Positions 46,701-56,800 of a stretch of 64,000 bases of DNA are shown here, in pieces; the first letter of the stretch is position 1, and the number at the start of each line of letters is the position of its first letter. A model generated the notes under the pieces. It did not search any database, was not told the DNA's origin, and worked only from the letters and a program-made list of their open reading frames with translations. The translations under genes were made by a program, and so were the position numbers. The DNA comes from a virus, in the IMG/VR virus record IMGVR_UViG_3300044615_001997; one strand, given 5' to 3'.

Positions 46701-48492
46701 TGCTGCTTTCAATACTCCATCTACTTGGTCCTGTGCTATTTACTGTTGTGAAATCTGCCATGAATGGATACCATTCGTTTGGGTTCAGCCCCTGTATTCT
46801 AATCGTTAATTTGTATTTCCCAGTCACCCCATTGGGAGCTGTTAACGGTCCTTGCACCCCAGGGGCTACCACAGTTCCAGATAAAACTGCTGCAGCGATA
46901 CCTGCAACGCCTACTGGAAATCTAGTAATTAAAAATTGGTTGGTTGAAACTGTGAAATTGTTGTTAAACCAAAAATCTACTTCGGCATCCCACCTGGGTG
47001 GAGCGGGGCTTGTATTTCCTTCGCTAATACCACCACCTGTTAATTCTACCCTACGAGTATCTATACCATAAGGAACAGAACCAGAAACTTCACCTTGCCC
47101 AAAAAAGAATTGAGTCACTCCGCCCAAGAAAATTTCATTAGCGTCTGCATTATTGGCGTTTTGCATTTGCCAATTTCTCCACATTTGTCTTCCATTCCAA
47201 TCAAAAAAGCCCAGCTTATATTGAGAATAGTGTTGTGGAGTTCTAAATCCTGCTCCTGAGTTTACGGCTCCGATAAAGCCCAAGTGAAAGTGGTCTGCTG
47301 CTGAAGTAAATCTACCACCACCACCCAACAAGTCTAGTCCGTGTAAATAACCCACTCTACCTCCGACTTGCAATGGAGCTCCTGGATCCTGTAAATTTCC
47401 GTGATATACATTTACATTTTTATTTGTGGTTAAACCATTCCCAAGCCTTAAAATACTTGCTTGATGTTCGCCGTCGTTATTAACCGGATTTTCCGGTATA
47501 AGCCCATTAAAAACTCCCGTCACAATACGCAATGTCCAACTTCTAGAGCCAAATTGATCTGGAGAGGCTTTGTAGTAAAACCCAGGAGTCATTCCATATG
47601 TTCCGTGAGCACTTTGAGAACCTGGTAACCACGAAGTTGAGTCTAATTTTAGTCTAACTATGACTCTATAACGTTGAGATGGTGGAACTGCGGTTCCACG
47701 AGAATCTGTCGTCGGTATATTTCTTAAAGCTACGTTATCTTGCCATGCGCTTAAAACTCTACCACCATATATTCCTTCCTTTATTCCGCCAACATCATGA
47801 TAAAATTGAAGATAAACTTGAGAGTCTGTTCCTATAGAATATAGGGTTGCTTCTTGCGAAATATCTGAATTTAAAATAGTGGCGCTATAAGTATTTTGTT
47901 CAAACCAAAAAGCAACATCTACCTCAACAGATTGTCCTGGTGCTGGCGTTGGAGGAGTTGGAGTAACCACAGCGGTATCAAACCCATATTTATAACCCTC
48001 CATCACATGGCTATCCCAAGGCTTATTAAAATTTTCTGTATTCCATTGAACAGAGCCTACTATTTGGGGATTATCTTCAAAGTCAGGAAAAAGAGGACCA
48101 ACGCTTTCTAAAGTCATTTCTATCCCTGACCCGCCTTCAACAAGCATATCTAACACAATTTCATTTTTTCCTGCTCCTTGACGTCTGGCTGATCTTAAAA
48201 AAGTAACAATTTGTCCTCCAACTCGGTTATAGTTGGTTTGTGTTATTGTGCCTCGACCATCAAAGCTTATATCAATATCGAACGTAGCATTGATTTTATT
48301 GTCTGGCGCGTCTGCATAAATTTTTAATGTGCCTGAAATTACTCGCCGAATTTCATTAGTGCTGATAACTCTAACAATTCTGTACCAACGCCCCGTTGTA
48401 GGGGGTGTAAATTTTTTACGTTTACCTATAACCAACTCCTTAAAGGATCCGTTCTCTTGCTGTTCCAGTGTTGTAATATTTTGATTAGGCAT
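43729..48492 (-). CDS. Tail fibre/receptor-binding protein (1587 aa)
   Basis: APLASPTFTGTPAAPTATAGTNTTQLATTAFV fibre motif, TRTNLG repeats, YadA-head-like ASGEYS/ASGNYS, FLRGDKTW. Confidence 0.8.
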   Translation of the reverse strand: MPNQNITTLEQQENGSFKELVIGKRKKFTPPTTGRWYRIVRVISTNEIRRVISGTLKIYADAPDNKINATFDIDISFDGRGTITQTNYNRVGGQIVTFLRSARRQGAGKNEIVLDMLVEGGSGIEMTLESVGPLFPDFEDNPQIVGSVQWNTENFNKPWDSHVMEGYKYGFDTAVVTPTPPTPAPGQSVEVDVAFWFEQNTYSATILNSDISQEATLYSIGTDSQVYLQFYHDVGGIKEGIYGGRVLSAWQDNVALRNIPTTDSRGTAVPPSQRYRVIVRLKLDSTSWLPGSQSAHGTYGMTPGFYYKASPDQFGSRSWTLRIVTGVFNGLIPENPVNNDGEHQASILRLGNGLTTNKNVNVYHGNLQDPGAPLQVGGRVGYLHGLDLLGGGGRFTSAADHFHLGFIGAVNSGAGFRTPQHYSQYKLGFFDWNGRQMWRNWQMQNANNADANEIFLGGVTQFFFGQGEVSGSVPYGIDTRRVELTGGGISEGNTSPAPPRWDAEVDFWFNNNFTVSTNQFLITRFPVGVAGIAAAVLSGTVVAPGVQGPLTAPNGVTGKYKLTIRIQGLNPNEWYPFMADFTTVNSTGPSRWSIESSTPPIQPTNQTSLTLVPGRRDKLVASWSQPHGLTLGQNIILNLLNKSFVVSNPARLNCTVLKVIDANTIEILIGTARRLETAMVGVYEFKAPGDHNLNGTLGNSEDFCLLINAFPSDNNKRLKFRANISGTTMTVTEMLSTGYNIEPKMNLFSSNGDETFNNSLATGARIVSQVSGTAGGVGTYTIAWTGGSLDRTNSILYAGKIVHRVKFISNAKLPEPLVENVDYYVRVSNFYPQYHAWFYTTELDAFNGQTGINAPTVKFPWKPTYGTYWAVFQDAQDLDATGWSVHIGNTDPGHQQTFADVGWYLHRNVYPDAAGVAQGVITQGIFGGISSVEWYRKNSFIYGFNCTNQADNTITLGQKLTNKTPNSTEIGSTDAIKLRLNGDDIVVSDDTRNLRIAEIFNQNGQGNQLILSNNKVWLQSFYGDISVTIPSGPNTWARIVGGGPGDTTCTVTLPRQGVDGAVAGDELLISLESIVLGRSVILRQYQWAGSSYTSTFTNVPAGASSGTYTSDTMLRLKLRDGAWHSVGTGGGTGSVTDINSGQALTFKAGSLGLAFETDLIAPNAWQRTLTNLGLRGTGFASFQGASFGNVASGEYSVTLGAGLEASGNYSFAAGRNAKANHQGAFVWADSQTADFISNAVNTFNVRAAGGMRLDLGTVGITFISGAAETRTNLGLGATNDVTFKNLFVTGDYVGSPPPSSGSLAQFGEAMNVFTNYIQASVPIYFDQAATTRTNLGAAPIASPTFTGTVTIPAGASISGFAPLASPTFTGTPAAPTATAGTNTTQLATTAFVQTGLSGKENSLGQGTSAAQFLRGDKTWQVPAGAFGPLVLNRFRNLLFASSNYNPGATAFSPPSSNGFFTMTPFGNTLEGGTFGVGTPRTFNPEIFFGPGSNYRIFAAVRTTSWFNDGVHCMIRSWDGSTQTTVPGLQDFGGGAATGDRIVWSTSEPIASTNTWFNYAAYFAAYGNNNNSNGATIQDVILTFYKVT

Positions 48493-48515
48493 AAAAAAAG
48501 TATACTGAATTTAAC

Positions 48516-51500
48516 TTACCATGTCGCTAAAATTGTGCGTTTCCATGTGTTGGGTCCCACACAAACATAAAGGTAATTGTCCGCATAAGCCATTTGTCCT
48601 GCTGTTCCTGTTGCTCCAGCGGTTTGTGGTACGGCGCTCCAAGTCATGCCGCCGCCAGCTCCGCCCGTGTCATCCCCAGGAGCCCAGACGGTTCCATTCC
48701 ATTTGATTACTTGTCCTGTAGTGGCTCCGCTTTGAGTAAGATCTCCTACTGGATGGGTGTGCTGTGGAACAGCTAATACACTCCAACTACCGGTTCCCAT
48801 CCTGAAAATCCATCTACCTGTCTTATTTAATGTTGTTAAAGGGGCTACAGCGCTAGTAACATAGCTGCTTCCAGTCCATATAGGGCTTCTAACATCTAAT
48901 GTAGTACCTGTAGCTGATTGTGTGTGATTAATAATAACAATGTCTCCTGTCAGTGCCCCACCTTTAAAAAGGGTGGGATTTCCGCCCTGGGTATATCCAG
49001 GCAAAATAAAGATTGATGGATCGCTGGTGCCTGCTGTATTACTGACAGTTATTTCTGTTATTCTCGCTGCGTCGAGCAGCTCAGTTATCGGTGCAGTAAT
49101 TTGAAGGCTTAAGGGTTTTGTATAAGACTGATCGAGCCTCACTATAGCTGTTTGGGTATTATTATATGAAGTTTCCCAAGGAAAGTTAGCCTGACTTCTA
49201 CCTGCAGTTACTAGAGTACCCGAAGACATTAAAAGCCACAAATTTGAAACATCTTTGTACAAATAATAAACTGTACCCTCCTTTTGATAAATAATAGGTA
49301 ATGGGCTAGTAATGTTGGTAGGCTTGGCGACTGCTTTGTAAACACCGCTAGCCACACCCGTATTAAAAACTTCAATATCGGGGTATATTGATAAAGCGTC
49401 AGTGATACCATAACCACTTAAAGTTGTAGGGGTATTGGTAATTTCACTCCAATTACTAGAACCACCACCTGTGTCGTCTCCAGGAGCCCAATTAGTTCCA
49501 TTCCATTTAATTACTTGTCCTTCGGTTGCTCCACTCTGAGTAAGACTAGCTACTGCAAAAGTTTCCTCACGCCAAGCTGCCCCATTCAAGTTATTGTCTT
49601 TTATAAATGTGTGAGTAGTACTACTTGGAAAACCCTGCGCTGCACGGCTCACAAGAATTTGATCTACGAATTGTCCAGGACCACCTACAAAGGTTCTATT
49701 AACGAACCTAAATGGTCTGGTTGATCCTCCTGAGGTAGTGACACTTATTCTGCGCCGCAAGGTTGAAAAGGCGTAGTTTGAGACTGGTTCGGTGGTTCCC
49801 ACAAGAATAGTTAATTCCGGTGATGTGCTTGGTCCTTGTAATATAATTTGAAAATATCTATCAACACTAGAAGCGTTTATTGGAGTTACGGTGTCTAAGT
49901 CTAATAATTCAGTACTGGCTGCTACCGTTATACTTTCACGTTCGGTCATCGCTATTTTATTTATTAGCGATTCCTGAGTAGCTGCGTCAGGAAAATACCA
50001 ACGATTTGTTGTCTCGTCATATCTTGTCAATAATGGTTTTGCCCACTCGGTATCACCTGCAGCGTATTTTACTTTAAACCCAAATGGGTCAGCACCTATC
50101 GAACCTATAGGACTTTCGTAACCAATCTCAAAACTTTCGTCAATAGCCAGGATTCGCATTAATTCAGTTGTTCCATCAGGCCTAAAACTCAGGGTTGCTG
50201 GAGATGACACTAGGTCAATTTGAGTTGCTTCCAACCTGTCAGATTTCGTGATTCCAGTTTTTGTTACGGAAAATTTGGACTCGCCGTCAATTCTCAAATT
50301 AATGAGATTGCTCCCTTGAGCTGATGATGAGTCGGTAACATCTAATAAAATAGAGTCAAATGCTGTGAAACCATATTCCCATGTGTCAGATATCTTTAAA
50401 GCAGACCTTGGTGCCGAAGAAGAGGAACCGTTATCGGATGTAGTTATTTCCGCAAGTTTAAGCTTAGCTCGCCCAGCACTGGTATAACCTATATCAGGAG
50501 CTGTGTTTAAAAAACGTCTAGTTTCGTATTCTGAAAATATTTCCCAACTACCAATGCCGTTTGCTGTCTTTATTAATTGAAATGTATTTACTGGAAAATC
50601 TATCCAATTATCTACGGCTCCCATTTCTTGCTGCACAAATAAATTATTAGCTTGAGTCTTATTATTAAAAAATATTTCAACTCTTGAGCCAGGTGCGGCT
50701 GCTGACGGTAATCTAACCTGTACTCCAGCACCAGCAAATGTCCCAGCTAGAAAATATCGTATATGTTTCTCAGAGCTAGGAACATTGACTTGCGTTCCCG
50801 ATATAGGAGGAGTTACTGTTACTTCGGTTATACCGCTTCCAGTCCCATCACTATTATCATCTCCAGGAACCCAATTAGTTCCATTCCATTTAATTACTTG
50901 TCCTTCGGTTGCTCCACTTTGAGTTATATCAGTTAAACTTACTTCTGCCTTAGCAAAATATTCTATATTCCAAGAACCAGCATAAATTAATTTAATATAG
51001 TCATTTTTAGAAGTTAACGTAGCGACTGATTGAAATGGTGGAGTTCCGCCCGCAGTTCCCACAATAAAATTTCCTGTTGTGTTATTAATATAATAAGTTG
51101 ATATACTTATAGAGTCGCCGTTAACAGCTGTAATAGGTAATTCGAGATTAATAGCCCCACTGACTGATTTAGTTAAAATGTAATGTTTATTACTCTGTAA
51201 AGCTATTTGAGTTGTACTCGAAACAGTTATAGTTTCGACCTCTAAACTAAGTTGAGTTAACTTTGTTTTATCTATAGGAGCCATCAACCCTGCATTTGTG
51301 GTAGTCGCTAGAGGTAAAGTGGCATCGTTTCCTGTGTCGCTGACCACGGTTCCGCCTGTTGGTGAAGCTGTATAACTGAGATTGGTGTTTCCGCTCCCAC
51401 CGGTAGAAGAATTATCATCTCCAGGAACCCAATTAGTTCCATTCCATTTAATTACTTGTCCTTCGGTTGCTCCACTTTGAGTTAAGTCGCCTAATTGATG

Positions 51501-53885
51501 TGTGTGTATGGTTTGAGCCGCTCCGTACAGGGTAGGAAAATACTCCCATACAACATAGTCGTTAGCTGTTGTTCCTGTTTCTATAGTGGCTTGGAATGCC
51601 GCATTGAGGGCAACGCCTCTGGTTGTAAATGTAGTTAAATTATTCCAGACTCCGAGTCCCCAATATTGAAATGTTACTGTGACACCTTGAGGAATGGTAA
51701 ATTTAAAAAGAGCTTGATCGCCTTTCCAAGCACCTAACCCTGTAGTTAACCATTGCGGAAGTCTTATAACTGTTGTTCCGCTTGTTACAGCTGCACCGAA
51801 AGTGATAGTGGTGAGAGTTCTTCTTAAATCTGCACCATTATTGTTTGGATAATAAGTAGATACTAGGAAAGTCTGATTGTTTGCTGCTACGGGAATTGTA
51901 GCGGTATTAAATATGGTGGCTTGTTTCCCATTCAATGCTTCCTGTAACCCAGCAACAGCAGAAATTTGACCTGAGCTGGGGCTTATTTCTATATAAGTAG
52001 TACCTGTCCAACGCCAACATTTATTATCGTCTAAAGTAACATAAATTTTTCCTATTTCACCAGGATTAGGTCTTGTTCCTTGTGTAGCTGCTTCGATGAC
52101 GTCATCAACATAGCTAGGTAATTGACTTTCAGGAACTTTACCATTCACTAGAGCTGCATAAGGTCCAGTAAGGCCATTTAACTTTGTTTTATCAGCAGGA
52201 CTCATTAATCCTGCATTTGTTGTATCAGCTAATGTAAGAGTAGCATCACTTCCTGTATCGCTAAGGACAGTTCCGCCTGTGGCGGAGGCTGTGTAGCTCA
52301 AATTAGTGGCTCCTGCGCCACCTGAATCATCCGCAGGAGCCCAGGCGGTTCCATTCCACTTAGGCACTTGTCCTGTAGTTGCCCCACTATTAGTAATTTC
52401 GGACAAGTCGATTTGCTCCTTAGCAAAATATTCAATACGCCAATCCTGATTAAAATAAACTAATTTAACTGATCTGCTCTGTGAGTTTAAAGAGGCCAAT
52501 GGCTGAAATGGTGGGGTGCCTCCTACTGCTCCTATAATAACGCTTCCTGTTGCGCCTCCAGGAGTATTTAATCTTATAATTATGGCGTCACCATTACTAC
52601 TAAGGTTGCTAGTTGGTAAAGCAAAATTAACATCTCCATTAACTGTTTTAAGTACAAAATAATGTTTATTTTTTTGTAGCGTTACTTGACTTGTATTATT
52701 GACAGATAACTCAGTAAGCTCTAACCCAAGATTATCTAATTTTTGCTTATCTGTAGAAGACATTAACCCACCGACAGTAGTAGTGGCATTAACTGGCTTA
52801 TTTAAAATTTGTGCCACTCCGGTTGTCGCCGCCCAATCAGAATTAACTTGAGTTCCACCAGAACCAATAGAAATATCTCCACCACCTAATAAAGATGTGC
52901 CGTTGATAGATTTAATATTGGTTCCACTTACTAATGTAGCTTGTGCTCCTATATCGCTTGCTGTTGGAAGCGCATGAACGTGGTCCGCTCTAGCGTAGGC
53001 GGTTGCTGTACCTACCGCTGCTGTTCCTAGGGGCTGCGGAGTTACTGCCGCCGCTGCGTTAGCTGTTGCCCCATCTGCCACATTTAGTATAGTTCTAACT
53101 TGTGCCGCTGTGAGATCTTCTACGTTTCCAGTTCCAGTTGTAGCTCTTCCCTTTATAGTGTTAGCTGCGATTTGAGCTAACTTGGCATTAGTGACTACGT
53201 TATTCCCTATGGCGGTAGCGCCGTCTCCTGCACTGGTTACATCACCGGTATGATTAGGATGTGTATAATTATTAGCATTTGTGGCTACACCATTGAGTTT
53301 TGTTTTATCAGCAGGACTCATTAATCCTGCATTTGTTGTATCAGCTAATGTAAGAGTAGCATCATTTCCTGTGTCGCTGACCACAGTTCCGCCTGTGGGG
53401 GAAGCTGTGTAGCTCAAATTGGTATTTCCAGAACCTCCTCCACCAGTTATAGCGATGTCTCCAGCACCCAAAAGAGAATTACCATTTATAGTTTTAATAC
53501 TTGTACCACTGACAAGTATGTCTTGTTTAGCATTAAGAGCTGTTTGAGTAGCTGTACTTACAGGCTTGTTAGCATCGCTAGTGTTATCAACGTTACCTAA
53601 ACCAACATCACCTTTCACTAATGTAACGGCTCCAGTTTTACCTGCTACAGAGGTAACTGGAACATTTACAGTGGGAACTTTTTCAATTAAATCAGTATCT
53701 CCGGTACCTGCCTTGAACCAGTAATCAACTGTATTGGTCAAACCAATACCTACAGTTAAACCTATATGTCTCTTAAAACTAGGAATTCCAGAAATAGCTA
53801 ATGCTACCGTAGCGTAGGGACCATATCTATTATCGACTGGTTTATTAGCCGCAATATCTAAATTGTCGTTTAATAAAATTGCCAT
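48516..53885 (-). CDS. Tail fibre protein (1789 aa) with repeated modules
   Basis: NVDNTSDANKPVS, YARADHVH, GKVPESQLPSYVDDV, five GQVxKWNGT.W modules, C-terminal YLYVCVGPNTWKR. Confidence 0.85.
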   Translation of the reverse strand: MAILLNDNLDIAANKPVDNRYGPYATVALAISGIPSFKRHIGLTVGIGLTNTVDYWFKAGTGDTDLIEKVPTVNVPVTSVAGKTGAVTLVKGDVGLGNVDNTSDANKPVSTATQTALNAKQDILVSGTSIKTINGNSLLGAGDIAITGGGGSGNTNLSYTASPTGGTVVSDTGNDATLTLADTTNAGLMSPADKTKLNGVATNANNYTHPNHTGDVTSAGDGATAIGNNVVTNAKLAQIAANTIKGRATTGTGNVEDLTAAQVRTILNVADGATANAAAAVTPQPLGTAAVGTATAYARADHVHALPTASDIGAQATLVSGTNIKSINGTSLLGGGDISIGSGGTQVNSDWAATTGVAQILNKPVNATTTVGGLMSSTDKQKLDNLGLELTELSVNNTSQVTLQKNKHYFVLKTVNGDVNFALPTSNLSSNGDAIIIRLNTPGGATGSVIIGAVGGTPPFQPLASLNSQSRSVKLVYFNQDWRIEYFAKEQIDLSEITNSGATTGQVPKWNGTAWAPADDSGGAGATNLSYTASATGGTVLSDTGSDATLTLADTTNAGLMSPADKTKLNGLTGPYAALVNGKVPESQLPSYVDDVIEAATQGTRPNPGEIGKIYVTLDDNKCWRWTGTTYIEISPSSGQISAVAGLQEALNGKQATIFNTATIPVAANNQTFLVSTYYPNNNGADLRRTLTTITFGAAVTSGTTVIRLPQWLTTGLGAWKGDQALFKFTIPQGVTVTFQYWGLGVWNNLTTFTTRGVALNAAFQATIETGTTANDYVVWEYFPTLYGAAQTIHTHQLGDLTQSGATEGQVIKWNGTNWVPGDDNSSTGGSGNTNLSYTASPTGGTVVSDTGNDATLPLATTTNAGLMAPIDKTKLTQLSLEVETITVSSTTQIALQSNKHYILTKSVSGAINLELPITAVNGDSISISTYYINNTTGNFIVGTAGGTPPFQSVATLTSKNDYIKLIYAGSWNIEYFAKAEVSLTDITQSGATEGQVIKWNGTNWVPGDDNSDGTGSGITEVTVTPPISGTQVNVPSSEKHIRYFLAGTFAGAGVQVRLPSAAAPGSRVEIFFNNKTQANNLFVQQEMGAVDNWIDFPVNTFQLIKTANGIGSWEIFSEYETRRFLNTAPDIGYTSAGRAKLKLAEITTSDNGSSSSAPRSALKISDTWEYGFTAFDSILLDVTDSSSAQGSNLINLRIDGESKFSVTKTGITKSDRLEATQIDLVSSPATLSFRPDGTTELMRILAIDESFEIGYESPIGSIGADPFGFKVKYAAGDTEWAKPLLTRYDETTNRWYFPDAATQESLINKIAMTERESITVAASTELLDLDTVTPINASSVDRYFQIILQGPSTSPELTILVGTTEPVSNYAFSTLRRRISVTTSGGSTRPFRFVNRTFVGGPGQFVDQILVSRAAQGFPSSTTHTFIKDNNLNGAAWREETFAVASLTQSGATEGQVIKWNGTNWAPGDDTGGGSSNWSEITNTPTTLSGYGITDALSIYPDIEVFNTGVASGVYKAVAKPTNITSPLPIIYQKEGTVYYLYKDVSNLWLLMSSGTLVTAGRSQANFPWETSYNNTQTAIVRLDQSYTKPLSLQITAPITELLDAARITEITVSNTAGTSDPSIFILPGYTQGGNPTLFKGGALTGDIVIINHTQSATGTTLDVRSPIWTGSSYVTSAVAPLTTLNKTGRWIFRMGTGSWSVLAVPQHTHPVGDLTQSGATTGQVIKWNGTVWAPGDDTGGAGGGMTWSAVPQTAGATGTAGQMAYADNYLYVCVGPNTWKRTILATW
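48660..53430 (-). repeat. Dispersed near-identical coding repeats in the 1789-aa fibre
   Basis: QSGATEGQVIKWNGTNW-type x5 (about 48.7, 49.5, 50.9, 51.4, 52.4 kb); TNLSYTAS.TGGTV.SDTG.DATL...NAGLM x3 (about 51.3, 52.2, 53.3 kb). Confidence 0.85.
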
Positions 53886-53887
53886 AA

Positions 53888-56800
53888 TTAATTATTTCTA
53901 AATTGTATCGAACCACTGGTATTGGTTGCTCCAGAACTAATATACACTTTAAATGGCACACCAGTCCATCTTCCATTTTGGGCGTTCATAGTTTGTTCTT
54001 CTGGTGCCAGTATAAAATTACCTGCACCAATATTCCCATTGTTTAAATCAGTATTATACCATTTTGTTTTTGCAGTATATTCGTTCGCATGGGCAAACCA
54101 AACGAACTGACCATTTGCACTATATGTTATTGTAACAGTCCCAGAAGAGCTAGATAATTCCCTGGTAGCTCCCACACCAGTTTGTATAGCTGTGGCTATG
54201 CTGGCTTTTGTGGGTTGTGTACTAGATACCCCCCAATAATAAGGATAGATGCCGGTTATAGTTATAGCTGAAGTTTGAAATCCTGTAGAAGATGCTTGAG
54301 GAGCTGTAGTAGTTCTAACCGCAGCAATTCTGGTGTCATTCACACCTTTATTATTTTTCTTAACTAATCCAGCACTATAGTTACCGCTTCCTGTCCAGCT
54401 GCTTGTTCCTGAAGGTACTGAAAAATCAGCTATTCCTGTAGGCGCATAAGTATACGTAGTGTTGGGGTTGTTTGGATTGGCGTATCCAAATTGGTCAGCT
54501 ACGTTTGTTGTTGTTCCGGTTGTGGGTGAAGTTGTTCCTGAGCCTATGGCTGTTCCGGCTCCGCTATTTACAGAGCGAGATATAGATAAATTGGTGAATG
54601 CTCCAGCATCATTCTTTGTTCCAACTAATGAAAGAGATTGTGCTACCGTTTGACCAACTTCATAAGTACCGGCAGTGATGCCTGTTATTGTTATAGTAGG
54701 AATGGTATATGTGGCCAGTACATCTGGGAAAAGAATGGCGTCTAATACCTGAACAATTGTTTTAGTTTTCCATTCAGAAGCAGCTGTTGCTGTTGCTCCT
54801 CCCACTGCAGTGCTTTGAACTGTATCAGACATAGTCGTATTATAAACAGTACTTAAATTATCGCTTGAAATAGTTAATCCTACGTTGGGGCTAACCGTTA
54901 AAACTCCAGATGTTGTTATAGATATATCCCCAGAGCCTAAAACAGAGTTACCGTTAATTGTTTTAATATTAGTTCCGCTAACAAGAGTATTTTGTTTAGC
55001 GTTTAATGCTGTTTGTGTTGCTGTTGATACAGGTTTATTGGCATCACTAGTATTATCAACGTTACCTAAACCAACGGAAGATTTATCTAAAGTTTGCCAG
55101 CTCTTATCACCTCTCCAGTATTGTGTTGTAGTACCTGCAGTAATTGTATTTTCTTTAGCATTAAGAGCTGTTTGTGTTGCTGTTGATACAGGCTTGTTAG
55201 CATCGCTAGTGTTATCAACGTTGTTTAAACCAACAGCGGACTTATCAAGGCTTTGCCAACTCTTATCACCTCTCCAGTATTGTGTTGTAGTACCTGCAGT
55301 AATTGTATTTTCTTTAGAATTAAGAGCTGTTTGAGTTGCAGCACTAACAGGCTTGTTAGCATCACTAGTGTTATCAACGTTACTTAATCCAACATCCGCC
55401 TTTGCCAGGGTAACTGTACCCGTTTTACCTGCTACGGAAGTAACCGGAGCTGTGGGATAATTTAATTGTGTCCATGAGCCAATTTGACTTGGTGTGGTAC
55501 CTGTAATTATAAATACTGTACCGGTATCTGTTCTATTAGCCCAGTCTCCCTTTTGGCCTGTGAGCGCTAACATCGCGCTCTCGGTAGCTACAGCGCCTAA
55601 GTAGTCACTAATAGCCAAGTCAGGTAGTTGAGACGACGTTAACTTACTGGATGCATCTAACGTGGCTACACCGCTGGCAACACCTAAAGAAGAAGTATTT
55701 ACCTTGGCGTTTAATGCTGTTTGAGTAGCGGTTGATACAGGTTTATTAGCATCACTAGTATTATCGACGTTAGATAGCCCAACGGCGGATTTATCTAAAG
55801 TTTGCCAGCTCTTATCACCTCTCCAATACTGTCCTGTTGTTCCTGCGGTTATTGTGTTTTCTTTAGCATTAAGAGCTGTTTGTTGAGCTGTTGATACAGG
55901 CTTGTTAGCATCGCTGGTATTATCAACGTTAGACAACCCGGCAGCAGTTTTGTCTAAAGTTTGCCAACTCTTATCACCTCTCCAATATTGTCCTGTTGTT
56001 CCAGCTGTTATTGTGTTTTCTTTAGCATTTAATGCTGTTTGGGTAGCTGTGGATACAGGCTTGTTAGCATCACTAGTATTGTCAACGTTGCTTAGCCCTA
56101 TACTTTCTTTAGTAAGTGTTATATTTCCACTACCCAACAAACTTTCTTGGTTCAGTGTTTTAATGTTATTTCCACTGACAAGTTGATTTTGTTTTGTATT
56201 AACTTGGGCTACAGAAGCAATGACGGTGTCGTCTACTAAAACAGTGTTTGTTTCTTTAATCAAGCCATAACCCGCCAAAATAAGATTAGCGTCTTGATTT
56301 GTGTAATAAACAAAATTTAATGGGGTTGTATTTAGATTTACATTTCCGCTGGTTATTAAAACCCAGGCAGAGTTTTTATTAATCGACCCATCTAGTACAA
56401 ACACATAAACACCATTTTTCATCTCTAACGAAGAATCAGCATCTGTAGTTCTTTGCCAAATTCCTCCGATATTAACAGTGTAAATACCGTTTTGTGCTGG
56501 GTTTGTTTGATTTTTAACCAGTACACGGTTACCTGCAGTTAATGCAACACCATCAATTGAAGTTACTGAGCCAGTTAAACTTATATTTCCGGTCTGAGGA
56601 GTAGTAGCTACCTTAACAGGCTCTCTAACAGTCAAACCGCTCTGTAAAGCATCGACATAGGCTTTTGTGGCAGCATCACGCTCGTTAATAGGTGTACCTA
56701 GTGAAGTTATTCTAAAATTATTTAAACTAACATTGTTTCTAGGAGCTGTGAAGCCATCTATACTTTGTTGTTTAACATAGCTTGTAGTAGCTAGTCTGGT

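Noticed and set aside
54990-56100. Regular repeats as a CRISPR array
   Set aside because: The units are 159-bp in-frame coding repeats with synonymous variation. There are no unique spacers and no cas genes.
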